A stretch of 64,000 nucleotides of DNA. Origin: Leptospiraceae bacterium (lineage in GTDB: Bacteria > Spirochaetota > Leptospiria > Leptospirales > Leptonemataceae). A model generated the notes under the pieces. That model was not told the DNA's origin, did no database searches, and saw nothing but the letters and a program-made list of their open reading frames with translations. The stretch spans positions 928,001 to 992,000 of the forward strand of contig JAVJNR010000004.1 in assembly GCA_040217195.1 (NCBI GenBank), in the 5' to 3' direction. Below are positions 49,331-59,322 of the stretch, one piece after another; position 1 is the first letter of the stretch, and each line of letters begins with the position of its first letter. Both the position numbers and the translations under genes were made by a program.

Positions 49331-50011
49331 ATGCCGACGGTATTTGTGGATCATTACAGGCTACTGGGAATAAGCCCGGTAGCCTCCACCGACGAAATTC
49401 AGCGGGCCTTTCGTAGACTTGCCAAAATCCATCATCCGGATAAGAAAGGCGGAGATCCTCTCAGGTTCCATTCAATTTATACAGCCTACCGCATCCTTTC
49501 ACACGATAGTTCAAGAAGACGATTCGATGAAGTATTCTTCAGGCATCGACTGAAACAGGCTGGACTGAACCAGACAAAGCAAGTAATGCCCCGGGTATTT
49601 CGCGTAGGAGCGGAACGATTTGTTTACCCCACTTCGGTGGCATCCCTTGCGCGACGAGGATTGCTAAGAAAGAAATTTAGAAGCCGGGATCGCAGAAAAT
49701 ACCTTAGAATCGATTATGACCTGGAACTTCCCCTGCTGGAACGAGAAATGCCAGGTCCGCTGCGAATCTACGTACCTGTGGTGGCACGCATCCTTTGCCC
49801 TGACTGTCATGGCTCTGATACCGATTGCCATGCCTGCAATGGAAAGGGCTCATACAAGGCCAGCCGAACAGTTAGACTTGATCTGGAAGGTGGATTGAGT
49901 GAAGGACAAATTCTAGAACTGGATTTAAGCAGTTTACGGCCGGATGGCCCTCTGAGCTATTTCAAAAAAAAGAACATTCGGATTAAGATTACATGCATAA
50001 AAACAAAATGA
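49331..50011 (+). CDS. J-domain protein with a half DnaJ zinc finger
   Basis: HHPDK; CPDCHG and CHACNGKG. Confidence 0.85.
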   Translation: MPTVFVDHYRLLGISPVASTDEIQRAFRRLAKIHHPDKKGGDPLRFHSIYTAYRILSHDSSRRRFDEVFFRHRLKQAGLNQTKQVMPRVFRVGAERFVYPTSVASLARRGLLRKKFRSRDRRKYLRIDYDLELPLLEREMPGPLRIYVPVVARILCPDCHGSDTDCHACNGKGSYKASRTVRLDLEGGLSEGQILELDLSSLRPDGPLSYFKKKNIRIKITCIKTK

Positions 50012-51699
50012 AACGTGCCTTTTTATTTATCGCCTCACTGATAGTGGCCATCTCAGGCTGTGTGGATGCGGATGCAGAAGCGGAAGAATCTCTTCAGAAG
50101 GTAACCAACCAGATTGTTTCTTCCATGTCACTGGAAGAAAAAGTCGGTCAGCTAATTCATATTGGAATTAGTGGAAAAACCATGCGATCGGGAATTGAAT
50201 CTGAAATTCAGAAGTATCATCCCGGTGGTGTCATACTCTTTGGAATAAACCTGGGCACAGCCAATCAGGTTAAGGAATTAAACAACAAATTACAGAAGTC
50301 CTCTTTGAAAGAAACCGGGATTCCGCTCTTGATAAGCATTGACCAGGAGGGAGGTCGAGTTGTTCGACTAACGCATATAACTCAGTTCCCGGGAGCTATG
50401 GCCATGGGTCAGACCGGACAGCCAGGTCTTGCAAGGGCGGTAGGATTCATTACCGCCAGCGAATTAAAAGACTTTGGATTTAATCTGGTCCTTGCTCCGG
50501 TTCTGGATATTAACAACAACCCCCAAAATCCAGTGATCAATACCAGATCCTACGGAAGTAATACATCCACTGTTACTGAAATGGGTCTGGCATATATGGA
50601 AGGGGTGCAGATGGCAGGCTCCATTCCAGTAATAAAGCATTTTCCTGGTCACGGAGATACTACGGTAGATAGTCACCATGATTTGCCCACAATTTCCAGG
50701 ACCCTGGATCAACTAAAGAGCAAGGAATTGATCCCTTTCCAGGAAGCCATAAATAAGAATGCGCCGGCTCTAATGACAGCCCATATTCTGTTTCCTGCCC
50801 TGGATCAGAAATACCCTGCAACGTTGAGCTCTCGAATTTTACAGGATCTACTTCGCAAGGAACTTAACTTTAACGGACTCATCTTTACGGATGCGATGGA
50901 AATGAAAGCCATCGCCGATCGGTATGAAACCGGCGAATCAGCAATCCTTGCTATTGAGGCAGGGGTGGATGTGCTGCTGCTTACTGCCGAGGGTCCAAAC
51001 ACTCGTCGCATGTTTGAAAGCTTAATCAAAGCTGTAAAGGATGGCAGAATTTCAAAACAGAGAATCGATGAGTCCGTAAGAAGACAGATTTACTGGAAGT
51101 TGCGCACCGGGGCTTTCAGAAAGCACGGTTCGCCACGATACGCGCTGGCCAACCAGGACAAGACATTAAATCAGTATCTGGACCAGCAGGCAAAGATCAA
51201 AAGCGAGCAACGAATACAGATCCAAAAAGATTACCCCGGCAATCTAAATCGAACCGTATCGAGAAAAAGCATTGTTGCACTGAGAAAGGAATACTCGGGC
51301 CTGAACAAAGAGCAACTAAAATCCGCGTACCTGTTCTATAGAACGGCGGCAGCAAGAAAGCAAGCTCTGGAGATGGGAATTCCAGAAAGCCAGCTTGTTT
51401 TTTATCGCACCGGTCATACCTGGCTTTTTCGCATATACGACAAGAAGTGGGCCGGACCCTGGCTGGTTGAACTGGAAGAAGGGGATATACCTCTATGGAA
51501 TCTCCTGGTCTCACGCTGGAATACCCGACGTGACGATCCTTTGATTGGACTTTACTCCGGGAATCCCTTTCATTCGATTTCCATTCCGGAGAAAGGAGCG
51601 TTTCTTTGTTCCTTTTCGCCTACGGTTGAATCTCGCAAAGCTTTAATCTATAGAAGCTTTCATGGACCCATCGAAAGGGCGGAGCTCATACTACCTTAG
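50008..51699 (+). CDS. GH3 beta-N-acetylhexosaminidase (NagZ-like) lipoprotein
   Basis: IDQEGGRV, KHFPGHGDT.VDSH, TDAMEM; ISGC lipobox. Confidence 0.88.
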   Translation: MKRAFLFIASLIVAISGCVDADAEAEESLQKVTNQIVSSMSLEEKVGQLIHIGISGKTMRSGIESEIQKYHPGGVILFGINLGTANQVKELNNKLQKSSLKETGIPLLISIDQEGGRVVRLTHITQFPGAMAMGQTGQPGLARAVGFITASELKDFGFNLVLAPVLDINNNPQNPVINTRSYGSNTSTVTEMGLAYMEGVQMAGSIPVIKHFPGHGDTTVDSHHDLPTISRTLDQLKSKELIPFQEAINKNAPALMTAHILFPALDQKYPATLSSRILQDLLRKELNFNGLIFTDAMEMKAIADRYETGESAILAIEAGVDVLLLTAEGPNTRRMFESLIKAVKDGRISKQRIDESVRRQIYWKLRTGAFRKHGSPRYALANQDKTLNQYLDQQAKIKSEQRIQIQKDYPGNLNRTVSRKSIVALRKEYSGLNKEQLKSAYLFYRTAAARKQALEMGIPESQLVFYRTGHTWLFRIYDKKWAGPWLVELEEGDIPLWNLLVSRWNTRRDDPLIGLYSGNPFHSISIPEKGAFLCSFSPTVESRKALIYRSFHGPIERAELILP

Positions 51700-51725
51700 T
51701 AGGAATGGTCATTCGCCTGGAATCG

Positions 51726-51740
51726 TGAGACTGAGTCTCA
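51726..51740. promoter_or_regulatory. perfect 7-1-7 inverted repeat TGAGACT-G-AGTCTCA (Fur-family-box-like)
   Basis: 68 nt upstream of the HiPIP start. Confidence 0.55.
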
Positions 51741-51808
51741 GTTGAATGTTAGTGTTTTTTTAATAGATAGGGCTTTACACTTTGCTTTCGAGAGTTGATT
51801 TTTGACGC

Positions 51809-52150
51809 ATGGATAAGTATTCACGCAAGGACTTTTTGAAAAGAGGACTAGTCGCGGGCGCTGCTATCGCAGGCGCTGGAACCTTTCTGTCGTATTGTCG
51901 TAAACCAGCTGATGAAGGGGCTGACCAGGGAGCAGTTAGCTGCACAGACACCGCCGGTCTATCCGAAGCAGATGTGGCAACAAGAACTCAGAATGGATAC
52001 ATAGATATCAGCAATAAGCCGGGACAGAGCTGCAGCAACTGTGCGCTGTACACACAACCTACTGGTGGTTCTGCTTGCGGTGGATGCCAGGCTGTTAAAG
52101 GCCCCATCAACCCTGCTGGTTGGTGTAACCTGTGGGTTGCTCAAGGCTGA
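51809..52150 (+). CDS. high-potential iron-sulfur protein (HiPIP) with Tat-like leader
   Basis: SRKDFLK leader; CSNCALY...C...I.P.GWC..W. Confidence 0.88.
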   Translation: MDKYSRKDFLKRGLVAGAAIAGAGTFLSYCRKPADEGADQGAVSCTDTAGLSEADVATRTQNGYIDISNKPGQSCSNCALYTQPTGGSACGGCQAVKGPINPAGWCNLWVAQG

Positions 52151-52209
52151 TACTAATTTCGAGTAACTGGCACCAGGCATGTAAGAAAGCACGCCAGGTT
52201 GCCCCGAAG

Positions 52210-52242
52210 AAACCCGGCTATGTTTGTAGTCGGGTTTTTTTT
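52210..52242 (+). terminator. intrinsic terminator
   Basis: AAACCCGGCTA-TGTTTG-TAGTCGGGTTT with a T8 run. Confidence 0.85.
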
Positions 52243-52362
52243 CAGATAGAACACTTCTCAAGGATGAACAGGTGCTGCAATGCAATTGACTTCAAGGTGC
52301 GGCGATCTGGAAGGAAGCCGGGTCCAAGAGAATTCTCCTGGAGAACCAATTTCGGATACATT

Positions 52363-52839
52363 CTACCATTCGCAAACATCCTCAATTACCACGCCCTGCT
52401 CCCCATCCATCAAATAGCAACTGCCTGATTCCAGTCCCTGATCCTGTTGCACGAAAACATCGTCGCGTGCGCTCTGCGAATATTTGAAGCTGGACTCATC
52501 CAACAGCAGGCCTTCTGAAGCGGATTCTATTCTGTAAACGGTGCCTTCTATCGATGGGTAGTAATAGTCAGAGATTTCCATTGGCTCCAGATCAAATGTA
52601 CGGCCCCCGAGGGTCAGGGTCAGAGTGCCGCGATCAGATGGGGCCCTGTACCGAATGGATGTATATTCGGGAGCGGCCAATATTAGCCAGATTGAGAATG
52701 CAGGATTATCCGGATCCGGACAACGCTTGCAGGTGCAGACATCAAGATAGCAACCCATTGATAAGATAGCTGCAATTAGGATCCAACGAATCCGAGGCCT
52801 TCGCCCGAAATTAATACTCGACAACTTATACGAATCCAT
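52363..52839 (-). CDS. hypothetical Cys-rich lipoprotein
   Basis: ILSMGC lipobox followed by CTCKRC. Confidence 0.6.
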   Translation of the reverse strand: MDSYKLSSINFGRRPRIRWILIAAILSMGCYLDVCTCKRCPDPDNPAFSIWLILAAPEYTSIRYRAPSDRGTLTLTLGGRTFDLEPMEISDYYYPSIEGTVYRIESASEGLLLDESSFKYSQSARDDVFVQQDQGLESGSCYLMDGEQGVVIEDVCEW

Positions 52840-53150
52840 TGCCGGAACATCCTTCTAAAAAGGCAGGGGTCAATGGAATTCCCGGAATCAGCGGGGATTG
52901 GAAATAGCGAATTATAATACAGAACCTCTATACGGGGGCCCAGCGCTCTGGTGCGCGAAAGACTATAACGGTCCGGTTTCGGGCGCTAAATAGTGGAAAT
53001 GGGACTCCGGCCTTTCACCTTCTGGAAAAGATTAATAGGCCCGGGGCTTCATGGAAACCCGCTTCAGGGGCCGGAGTATGAATCATTACCGAAATGTAAT
53101 ATGGGATCGGTATACCCTGGTCCCAATATAGATACGATGCTAGTGAGAAT

Positions 53151-53735
53151 CTAGCGACCCTGGAACCAGAGTTCCGCCATATCCAGGGAATAGTCCAGAA
53201 ATGAGCTCAAGGTTTTATCGTAGATTTCATTACCAAGAGATTCTCCATCCGGGCCCAGGTTCTTATCAGTTTCATGGGATTCCAGTAATCGAGGGGAAAC
53301 TACGCTTCGTTTATCCAGAAAGCTAATCATCTTATTAATAAGGGTTTGCATTTCCAGGGCGGGTCTTCGGCCGCCACGGCCAGCAGAGACTCCAACCATG
53401 GCAAAAACTCGGTTATGAAAAACGTCAGACAGTTCCTTGTTTCCGATTTGATGAATGGCATTGATTATTTCGCCGCTGGTAATCCAGTTATACTCGGGCA
53501 CAGCAAATAATATCAGTGAGCTATCCCGCATTGCCTGGATGAAGTTCTCTTGAAAAGAAGTGAGATTCTGGGAGTCCAGTGATCCTCGACCTACCATCGG
53601 AAGGTCCGCATAATGAAAATCCACGGGAGAAGGACATTGATGACCTTTTTCCTGCAATCCGCGGGTCAGCGCCCGGGCTACGCGTAAAGAATTACTGTCC
53701 TTTCGGGGGGAGCCGGAGATGACAGATGCTTGCAT
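53151..53735 (-). CDS. NADPH-dependent FMN reductase
   Basis: GSPRKDSNS, PEYN, SAGRGG. Confidence 0.88.
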   Translation of the reverse strand: MQASVISGSPRKDSNSLRVARALTRGLQEKGHQCPSPVDFHYADLPMVGRGSLDSQNLTSFQENFIQAMRDSSLILFAVPEYNWITSGEIINAIHQIGNKELSDVFHNRVFAMVGVSAGRGGRRPALEMQTLINKMISFLDKRSVVSPRLLESHETDKNLGPDGESLGNEIYDKTLSSFLDYSLDMAELWFQGR

Positions 53736-53821
53736 GACTGACGTTCCGTCGGACTTAGGTGCAGGGTCAAGCAGCTTTGAATCGGAATTGACACGGAAGG
53801 GGGTCCTCCAATTCCTGCAAC

Positions 53822-55339
53822 GTGGTTATTGTGCAGAGCATCATTAGAGTCTGGAGCTTTCTTCTGGACAGACTGGTACTTTTCTCCCTGAAGCCCCCTA
53901 CCCGGGTTCTGGGCACTCTCGGTGTCCTTTTTCTGGTGTCTGGCTCTTTTCTGCTTCTGAGAGAATGGAAACCTGTGGATTTGGACCTGGCCCGTTTTCT
54001 GGAGCCTGTGGAGGAAAAGCAGGAAATTCAGGATCCGGTACTACTGCATTTCCAGAATGGACTACCAGAACAGGGCATCATCGAAGGCGACAAGATCCTC
54101 CATCGTTGCGATCGACCGCTAAGTGCAGCCTATCTAGCCAGAGAATACTACTCTTTTAGCGGAGTGTTTCACAGAGGCGATCTAGAAGAGGCAATGATTC
54201 GGGAAAACCCGGATGCATTTGGTAAAAAATACTGCAAACCAGATAGCATTGTGGCCATTCCAGAGCCGCTAACCAGACCATTACAGAACCAACCTCTGGG
54301 CTGGGAGAAGGAAAGACCGGTTCGCGCCATCTATATGCGAGGGGACAACACTGTACCTGGTCGACTGATGCGAGAAGTGAAGTATATTCGTGAATCAGGA
54401 GCCAATGCAATTGTATTTGATGTTAAGGATATTCTGGGAGTCGTTAACTATCCTTCGCGCGTTCCTGAAGTTGAGCAGTACCGCCGCCATCGTCCACCTA
54501 TCCGGGATTTATCCAAAGTAATCCGCTATCTGCATGATAACAACATCTATGTAATTGCTCGAATGGCCCTATTTCAGGACCAGAATCTCTCTGAAGTAAA
54601 GCCAGAACTTGCCATTCGGGATCGAAACTCCGCAGATGGTATTCTAAAAGTCAAAGGTAGGAATCTCTGGGTGGATCCAGGCCGGGATGAAGTTCAGACC
54701 TATAACTTGAAAATCGTGCATGAGCTACTGAGCACCGGTGTGGATGAGATTCAGTTCGATTATGTACGTTACCCGGCCGAAGGCGATCTTTCCGGAGTGC
54801 ACTTTCATGACGTTCAAAACGTACATGATAAGACGCAGCATTTGAAACGATTTCTAGCCGCAGCTTTTACTATGAGTCGCGGCACCGGTGTGCACATTGC
54901 CATCGATGTATTTGGCGTTGTTGCCTGGGGCGAAGAAGTAGATATTCGTACCACTGGCCAGCGTCTCAATGAATTATCGCTTTTTGTGGACATAATGTCT
55001 CCCATGCTCTATCCTTCCCACTTTTCCCGTGGATACGCTGGCTACGATAATCCGGCAGATGAGCCTTACCATTTCTATAAAGAAGGAGTGGAACGAGTTC
55101 TGACCCTGTCGCCACGAGGCACTGTTGTGCGCCCCTGGCTACAGGCCTTTGCCTGGCGGGTAACCAACTATAACGAGGACTATATTATTCAACAGATCCG
55201 GGGCAACCATTCTGGAGGCGGGATAGGCTGGATGATGTGGAATGCCGGAAATACCTACGAGATGGTTTATCGGGCCATTCGGAATTCACCCAACCTTGTG
55301 CATTCAGATCAATTGGATGAAGACGCTCCTTCGCTTTAA
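53822..55339 (+). CDS. putative glycoside hydrolase (DUF4015-like)
   Basis: VFDVKD, IAR...FQD, DEIQFDYVRYP, SPMLYPSHF, RPWLQAF, WNAGN.Y. Confidence 0.85.
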   Translation: MVIVQSIIRVWSFLLDRLVLFSLKPPTRVLGTLGVLFLVSGSFLLLREWKPVDLDLARFLEPVEEKQEIQDPVLLHFQNGLPEQGIIEGDKILHRCDRPLSAAYLAREYYSFSGVFHRGDLEEAMIRENPDAFGKKYCKPDSIVAIPEPLTRPLQNQPLGWEKERPVRAIYMRGDNTVPGRLMREVKYIRESGANAIVFDVKDILGVVNYPSRVPEVEQYRRHRPPIRDLSKVIRYLHDNNIYVIARMALFQDQNLSEVKPELAIRDRNSADGILKVKGRNLWVDPGRDEVQTYNLKIVHELLSTGVDEIQFDYVRYPAEGDLSGVHFHDVQNVHDKTQHLKRFLAAAFTMSRGTGVHIAIDVFGVVAWGEEVDIRTTGQRLNELSLFVDIMSPMLYPSHFSRGYAGYDNPADEPYHFYKEGVERVLTLSPRGTVVRPWLQAFAWRVTNYNEDYIIQQIRGNHSGGGIGWMMWNAGNTYEMVYRAIRNSPNLVHSDQLDEDAPSL

Positions 55340-55402
55340 GGCAGATTCTCAGGTTACCAGATTAGCCCTGGACAGAAGTCCAAAGAAGGGAAAACACAGC
55401 TC

Positions 55403-55427
55403 AGGCCCGGTGAAATCCGGGCCTTTT
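55403..55427 (+). terminator. intrinsic terminator
   Basis: AGGCCCGG-TGAAAT-CCGGGCCT followed by TTT. Confidence 0.65.
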
Positions 55428-55561
55428 GCATTTTAGCTCTTTGCGGCCCTCCAGGTGGCCGCTTCCGGGCCATGCAGCCAAAACAACTTTAATTGACAGT
55501 AAGGCGGCCCATAGAAATCCATTTGTGTCCTCTTTTTTTGGGCCAGATAAGGAATAGAAAC

Positions 55562-58291
55562 ATGCAAAAACGCTATATCACAGAAACTTCGGCATTTGCG
55601 AAATCCTTCCGCTGCGATCATCTTAACATTCTGATCGTTTGCAGAGGCCCGATCCGGATGGAAGCCATGGAGATCTTTGAATCTCTGGGTGCTGGTTACG
55701 GAATCCTGCTTTCGGAGAAAGATTCTGTTACCTATCCTCATACCCTGGCCCCTGAGCTGCGACATTTAACGGACCCGGACCGGGTACATCGGATCCCGGA
55801 CTACACAGGAGCCAACCGGGAGGAGAGACAGGAAAGAATCGCAGACATTATTGAAATTTGTAATACTTACAACTACAGCCATATTTTTGCTGGATATGGT
55901 TTCATGGCTGAAGATGCGGATTTTGTAGAAGCCATCGAGGGTGCCGGGATAGGTTTCATCGGTCCCCGAAGTAACGTTCACCGTTTCGCAGGTGCAAAAG
56001 ATCAGGCAAAGAAGCTTTCTCGCAAGATTGGAGTTACCGTAACCCCTGGTCTGGATAATATTACTTCGGTAGCACTGATCGAAAAAGTAGGCGGCCGCAA
56101 AGGACTGGAAAGTCTAACCAGCGAGCACGGTTTCACGGTGGACTCTTCGCTGGATGATGAAGATTACGCTGAATCCATACTCTACCAGAGCTACAAAAAG
56201 GGCGTATCGCTTATTTCGGTGGAGGATCTACAGACTGCTGCAAAAAAGGAAGTGGATTCAATCCTAAAAGATAATCCCGGAAAACGAATTCGATTGAAAT
56301 ACATTGGCGGCGGCGGCGGTAAAGGTCAGCGAATTGTTTCCAGTCCTGACCAGGTACCGGATGCAGTCATGGAAGTGCTTTCTGAATCCAAAGCTCTGGG
56401 GCCTCTGGATAACAAGAACTTCCTCATTGAGATGAACATTGAAAGCACTCGTCACAATGAGATTCAGCTGATTGGTAATGGTTCCTGGGCGATCGCTCTT
56501 GGCGGACGAGACTGTTCATTGCAAATGCATGAACAGAAGCTGGTAGAGATCTCCATTACAGATGAACTGTTCGCAGAAGAAATCAACAAAGCAAAGAAAG
56601 ACGGCAAGGATAAGATAGCCTCTCGCCTGGAAAAGGATCGGGAAACCCTGAAGGAGATGGAAGATCAGGCAGAGCGATTCGCTGAAGCTGTAGGTCTGAA
56701 TTCTGCTTCTACATTCGAATGTATCGTTTCCGACGAATCGCATTACTTCATGGAAATGAACACTCGAATCCAGGTGGAACACCGGGTTACGGAGATGGCT
56801 TACAAGCTACGCTTCAGAAATCCAGACAACAAAGATGAATTCTTCGATGTAGAATCCCTGGTTGAATGTATGGTTTTGTGCGGTGCCCATGCAGATAAAC
56901 TTCCAAGGCCAGAAAGGATCGTAAGGCACAATGCAGGCGGGGAAATTCGACTGAACGCAATGAACGATGCCCTGGCCCCTCATGCAGGAAGCCTCATTGA
57001 ATCCTGGACTCCCCCTGCGGAGCATGAAATTCGAGATGATCAGGGAATTGGAATACGAAACCCGGACACAAACTCTTTTATTCACTATCATCTGGCCGGA
57101 GCCTATGATTCCAACATTGCTCTGGTTGTTACCTATGCGGAAAGCCGAATGGAAATGCTGGCTCGTCTGGCAGATATACTCCGCCAGATGGAAATTCGAG
57201 GAAATGAGCTCAGCACTAACAAAGAATTTCATTATGGAATTTTGAACTTCCTGATTGGCATGCATCCTATGCTCAAGCCAGATACAAGATTTACCGTTCC
57301 TTATTTGTCTCTGGTTGGCACTCTGGCTGGAGAAATGGAAGGCGTGGATGTAGAGTATGCCTTTAAGAAGATTGCAGGAGCCCTGGGCGAGGAAGAATCC
57401 CAGGTTCTGAGCGAAAAGCATACTCTCATACTGCGACCTATTCGCATGCTATTCGAAAACCCTCATGTACTGAACGGATGGATTTTTAGAAATCGTGATG
57501 TTACCTTCACCTTTGAAGGAGCTAAGATTTCCTGGCTCCAGAATCCCATCTTCGTTTTGAAAGATCTGTATAACTATGTTCGCCTGGAAGGCAGAGAGGC
57601 CCCTCCTTCGCAAAAGATCTGGGACCACGATGAAACCTTACTGGATACAGCGGTACAATTCTATCAAGACCTGGCCCGGTTTACAGGTAAGGATCCCAGA
57701 TCTGATTTCGCCGAGCTCGATAAGCAACTGAGGTCTGGCTCCGGTTTCTCGGACATGGATGCTGAGCTATTTGAGAAATGCAAGTCGGCCCATATCGCGT
57801 GGCAGGCTGGCATGAGCTTGCTTGGCATCCCCTTTTCTCTGGGAAAGAAAGCTGGCTGTCTGGATTTTCATCACGATGATGATCTGAAGGTAGTCTTTCC
57901 AGAGAAATTCAATGATCCGGACTACCAGAAGACTTCCATTCGAAACCTGGCACCCCCACCGGTGGCTAGCGCCGACCTGATTGTGGCAGCCAGCGGAGGA
58001 ATGTTTTACAGCCGTGAGATGCCCACCACGGATCCCTATGTAACTCCAGGCGCACACTTCAATGTAGGTGAACCACTCTATATCATTGAAGTTATGAAAA
58101 TGTTCAACAAAGTCATGGCTGAGTTCTCTGGAACTATCGAAGAATGCCTGGTGCCAGAGGATGGCGTGGTAGTAAAGAAAGGGCAGCCCATATTCCGAGT
58201 AAAGCCCGATGAAGAGCGAAAGATCGAAACCCTGGAAGAAGCGGAAAAAAGGCGCAAAGCCTACACAGACTCCTTGCTTGCCGAACTGTAA
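55562..58291 (+). CDS. biotin carboxylase fused to a biotin carrier domain (acyl-CoA carboxylase alpha-type subunit)
   Basis: GYGFMAE, GGGGKG, RDCSLQ..QK..E, EMNTRIQVEH.VTE, YDSNIA, EVMKM biotinylation motif. Confidence 0.9.
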   Translation: MQKRYITETSAFAKSFRCDHLNILIVCRGPIRMEAMEIFESLGAGYGILLSEKDSVTYPHTLAPELRHLTDPDRVHRIPDYTGANREERQERIADIIEICNTYNYSHIFAGYGFMAEDADFVEAIEGAGIGFIGPRSNVHRFAGAKDQAKKLSRKIGVTVTPGLDNITSVALIEKVGGRKGLESLTSEHGFTVDSSLDDEDYAESILYQSYKKGVSLISVEDLQTAAKKEVDSILKDNPGKRIRLKYIGGGGGKGQRIVSSPDQVPDAVMEVLSESKALGPLDNKNFLIEMNIESTRHNEIQLIGNGSWAIALGGRDCSLQMHEQKLVEISITDELFAEEINKAKKDGKDKIASRLEKDRETLKEMEDQAERFAEAVGLNSASTFECIVSDESHYFMEMNTRIQVEHRVTEMAYKLRFRNPDNKDEFFDVESLVECMVLCGAHADKLPRPERIVRHNAGGEIRLNAMNDALAPHAGSLIESWTPPAEHEIRDDQGIGIRNPDTNSFIHYHLAGAYDSNIALVVTYAESRMEMLARLADILRQMEIRGNELSTNKEFHYGILNFLIGMHPMLKPDTRFTVPYLSLVGTLAGEMEGVDVEYAFKKIAGALGEEESQVLSEKHTLILRPIRMLFENPHVLNGWIFRNRDVTFTFEGAKISWLQNPIFVLKDLYNYVRLEGREAPPSQKIWDHDETLLDTAVQFYQDLARFTGKDPRSDFAELDKQLRSGSGFSDMDAELFEKCKSAHIAWQAGMSLLGIPFSLGKKAGCLDFHHDDDLKVVFPEKFNDPDYQKTSIRNLAPPPVASADLIVAASGGMFYSREMPTTDPYVTPGAHFNVGEPLYIIEVMKMFNKVMAEFSGTIEECLVPEDGVVVKKGQPIFRVKPDEERKIETLEEAEKRRKAYTDSLLAEL

Positions 58292-58308
58292 GCCCTTAAT
58301 CTGGGCCC

Positions 58309-58560
58309 ATGGAGGAGCATCAGGCAAGACCAGTATGTAGCTGCTTTCGAATTGGAGTGCAAGAAATAGGAGATGCTGTGAGCTCCGGGGCAACTCCACC
58401 TTCCTTCGAAACCGTTCTCAGTCGAACCGGGGCCGGTAGTCAATGCGGTGCCTGCATTGGCGATGTTCATGCCATCTATCTTTCGCGTATTTTACTGCGA
58501 CGGATTAAAGAAAGAAATCAGATTCCACTGCCCTTTTCAGAACTCACTGAATCACCATGA
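58309..58560 (+). CDS. BFD-like [2Fe-2S]-binding protein
   Basis: VCSCF...TGAGSQCGAC. Confidence 0.8.
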   Translation: MEEHQARPVCSCFRIGVQEIGDAVSSGATPPSFETVLSRTGAGSQCGACIGDVHAIYLSRILLRRIKERNQIPLPFSELTESP

Positions 58561-58848
58561 CCTTAGTCTGTGATCCGGGGCTCCGATAGATTCCATATTG
58601 CAATGCCAGAGATGTCTGCATTGAAAGCCTCCGTACTGTCCGTTCTACCGTACGGTGCGATTTAGATAATTTCGGGACCAGAGAGCAAGACGTTCCGGTT
58701 GTTCCATAGCCGATTCACGGTCCCTGGTGCGCACTTAGTACCCGGGAACGGACTTTCTTCGCTGTAACGGCACCGAAAATATTGCACGACAAAGTTATCC
58801 GGCCATGTAACTCTGTGCCAGTATCCTACTGAATGGGAAGTATCAACA

Positions 58849-59322
58849 ATGACCGAATCTCTATTAGATTATGACACCTGGGCCCATGGGCGGCTGAAGG
58901 AACATGCAGTTAGATTGGATGATGAACAATTCAACCGGGACCTGGGCGATGGGGTTGGATCTATCAAGGAAAAACTAAAGCATCTTCACTGGGCAGAAGA
59001 AATCTGGATTCGCCGAATCCAGGGAGAAAACCCCGGAGCGGATGTCCCTCTGGCGGACCATTCCTCTCCCATTCCATTTTTTGAATCCTGGGACTCCAAT
59101 CGCGATAAAAACCTGGCCCGCCTGCGAAGCGAAGTTCAGGGCAACCCGGGCAGAATTGTCGAGTACAGGAATACAAAAGGACAGAGTTTCCAGCAGCCCA
59201 TCTGGCAGATTGCTCTGCACCTGGTAAATCATGGAACTCATCATCGCGGACAGGTTTCCAGTATGATGCGCAGGTTAACAGGGGCGCCGGTTCCGCTTGA
59301 TATGATTCTATTTCACAGATAG
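58849..59322 (+). CDS. DinB/YfiT-family four-helix protein
   Basis: SI...L.H...AE..W and HLVNHGTHHRGQ. Confidence 0.88.
   Translation: MTESLLDYDTWAHGRLKEHAVRLDDEQFNRDLGDGVGSIKEKLKHLHWAEEIWIRRIQGENPGADVPLADHSSPIPFFESWDSNRDKNLARLRSEVQGNPGRIVEYRNTKGQSFQQPIWQIALHLVNHGTHHRGQVSSMMRRLTGAPVPLDMILFHR

Noticed and set aside
52300..52325. GGAAGGAAGC resembling the SRP RNA domain IV loop
   Set aside because: Lacks the CAGG/AGCA internal loop and the long flanking helix
52962..52974. ACTATAACGGTCC matches part of the 23S rRNA I-CeuI site
   Set aside because: Only 13 nt with no flanking rRNA similarity; treated as chance
56807..58399. Long antisense ORFs (204 and 210 aa) and similar shadow ORFs elsewhere, e.g. 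24170-24892
   Set aside because: They lie opposite well-supported genes and have no protein-like motifs
58561..58848. Possible structured RNA in the intergenic gap
   Set aside because: Only 6-bp, partly incompatible stems expected by chance; no riboswitch consensus recognised
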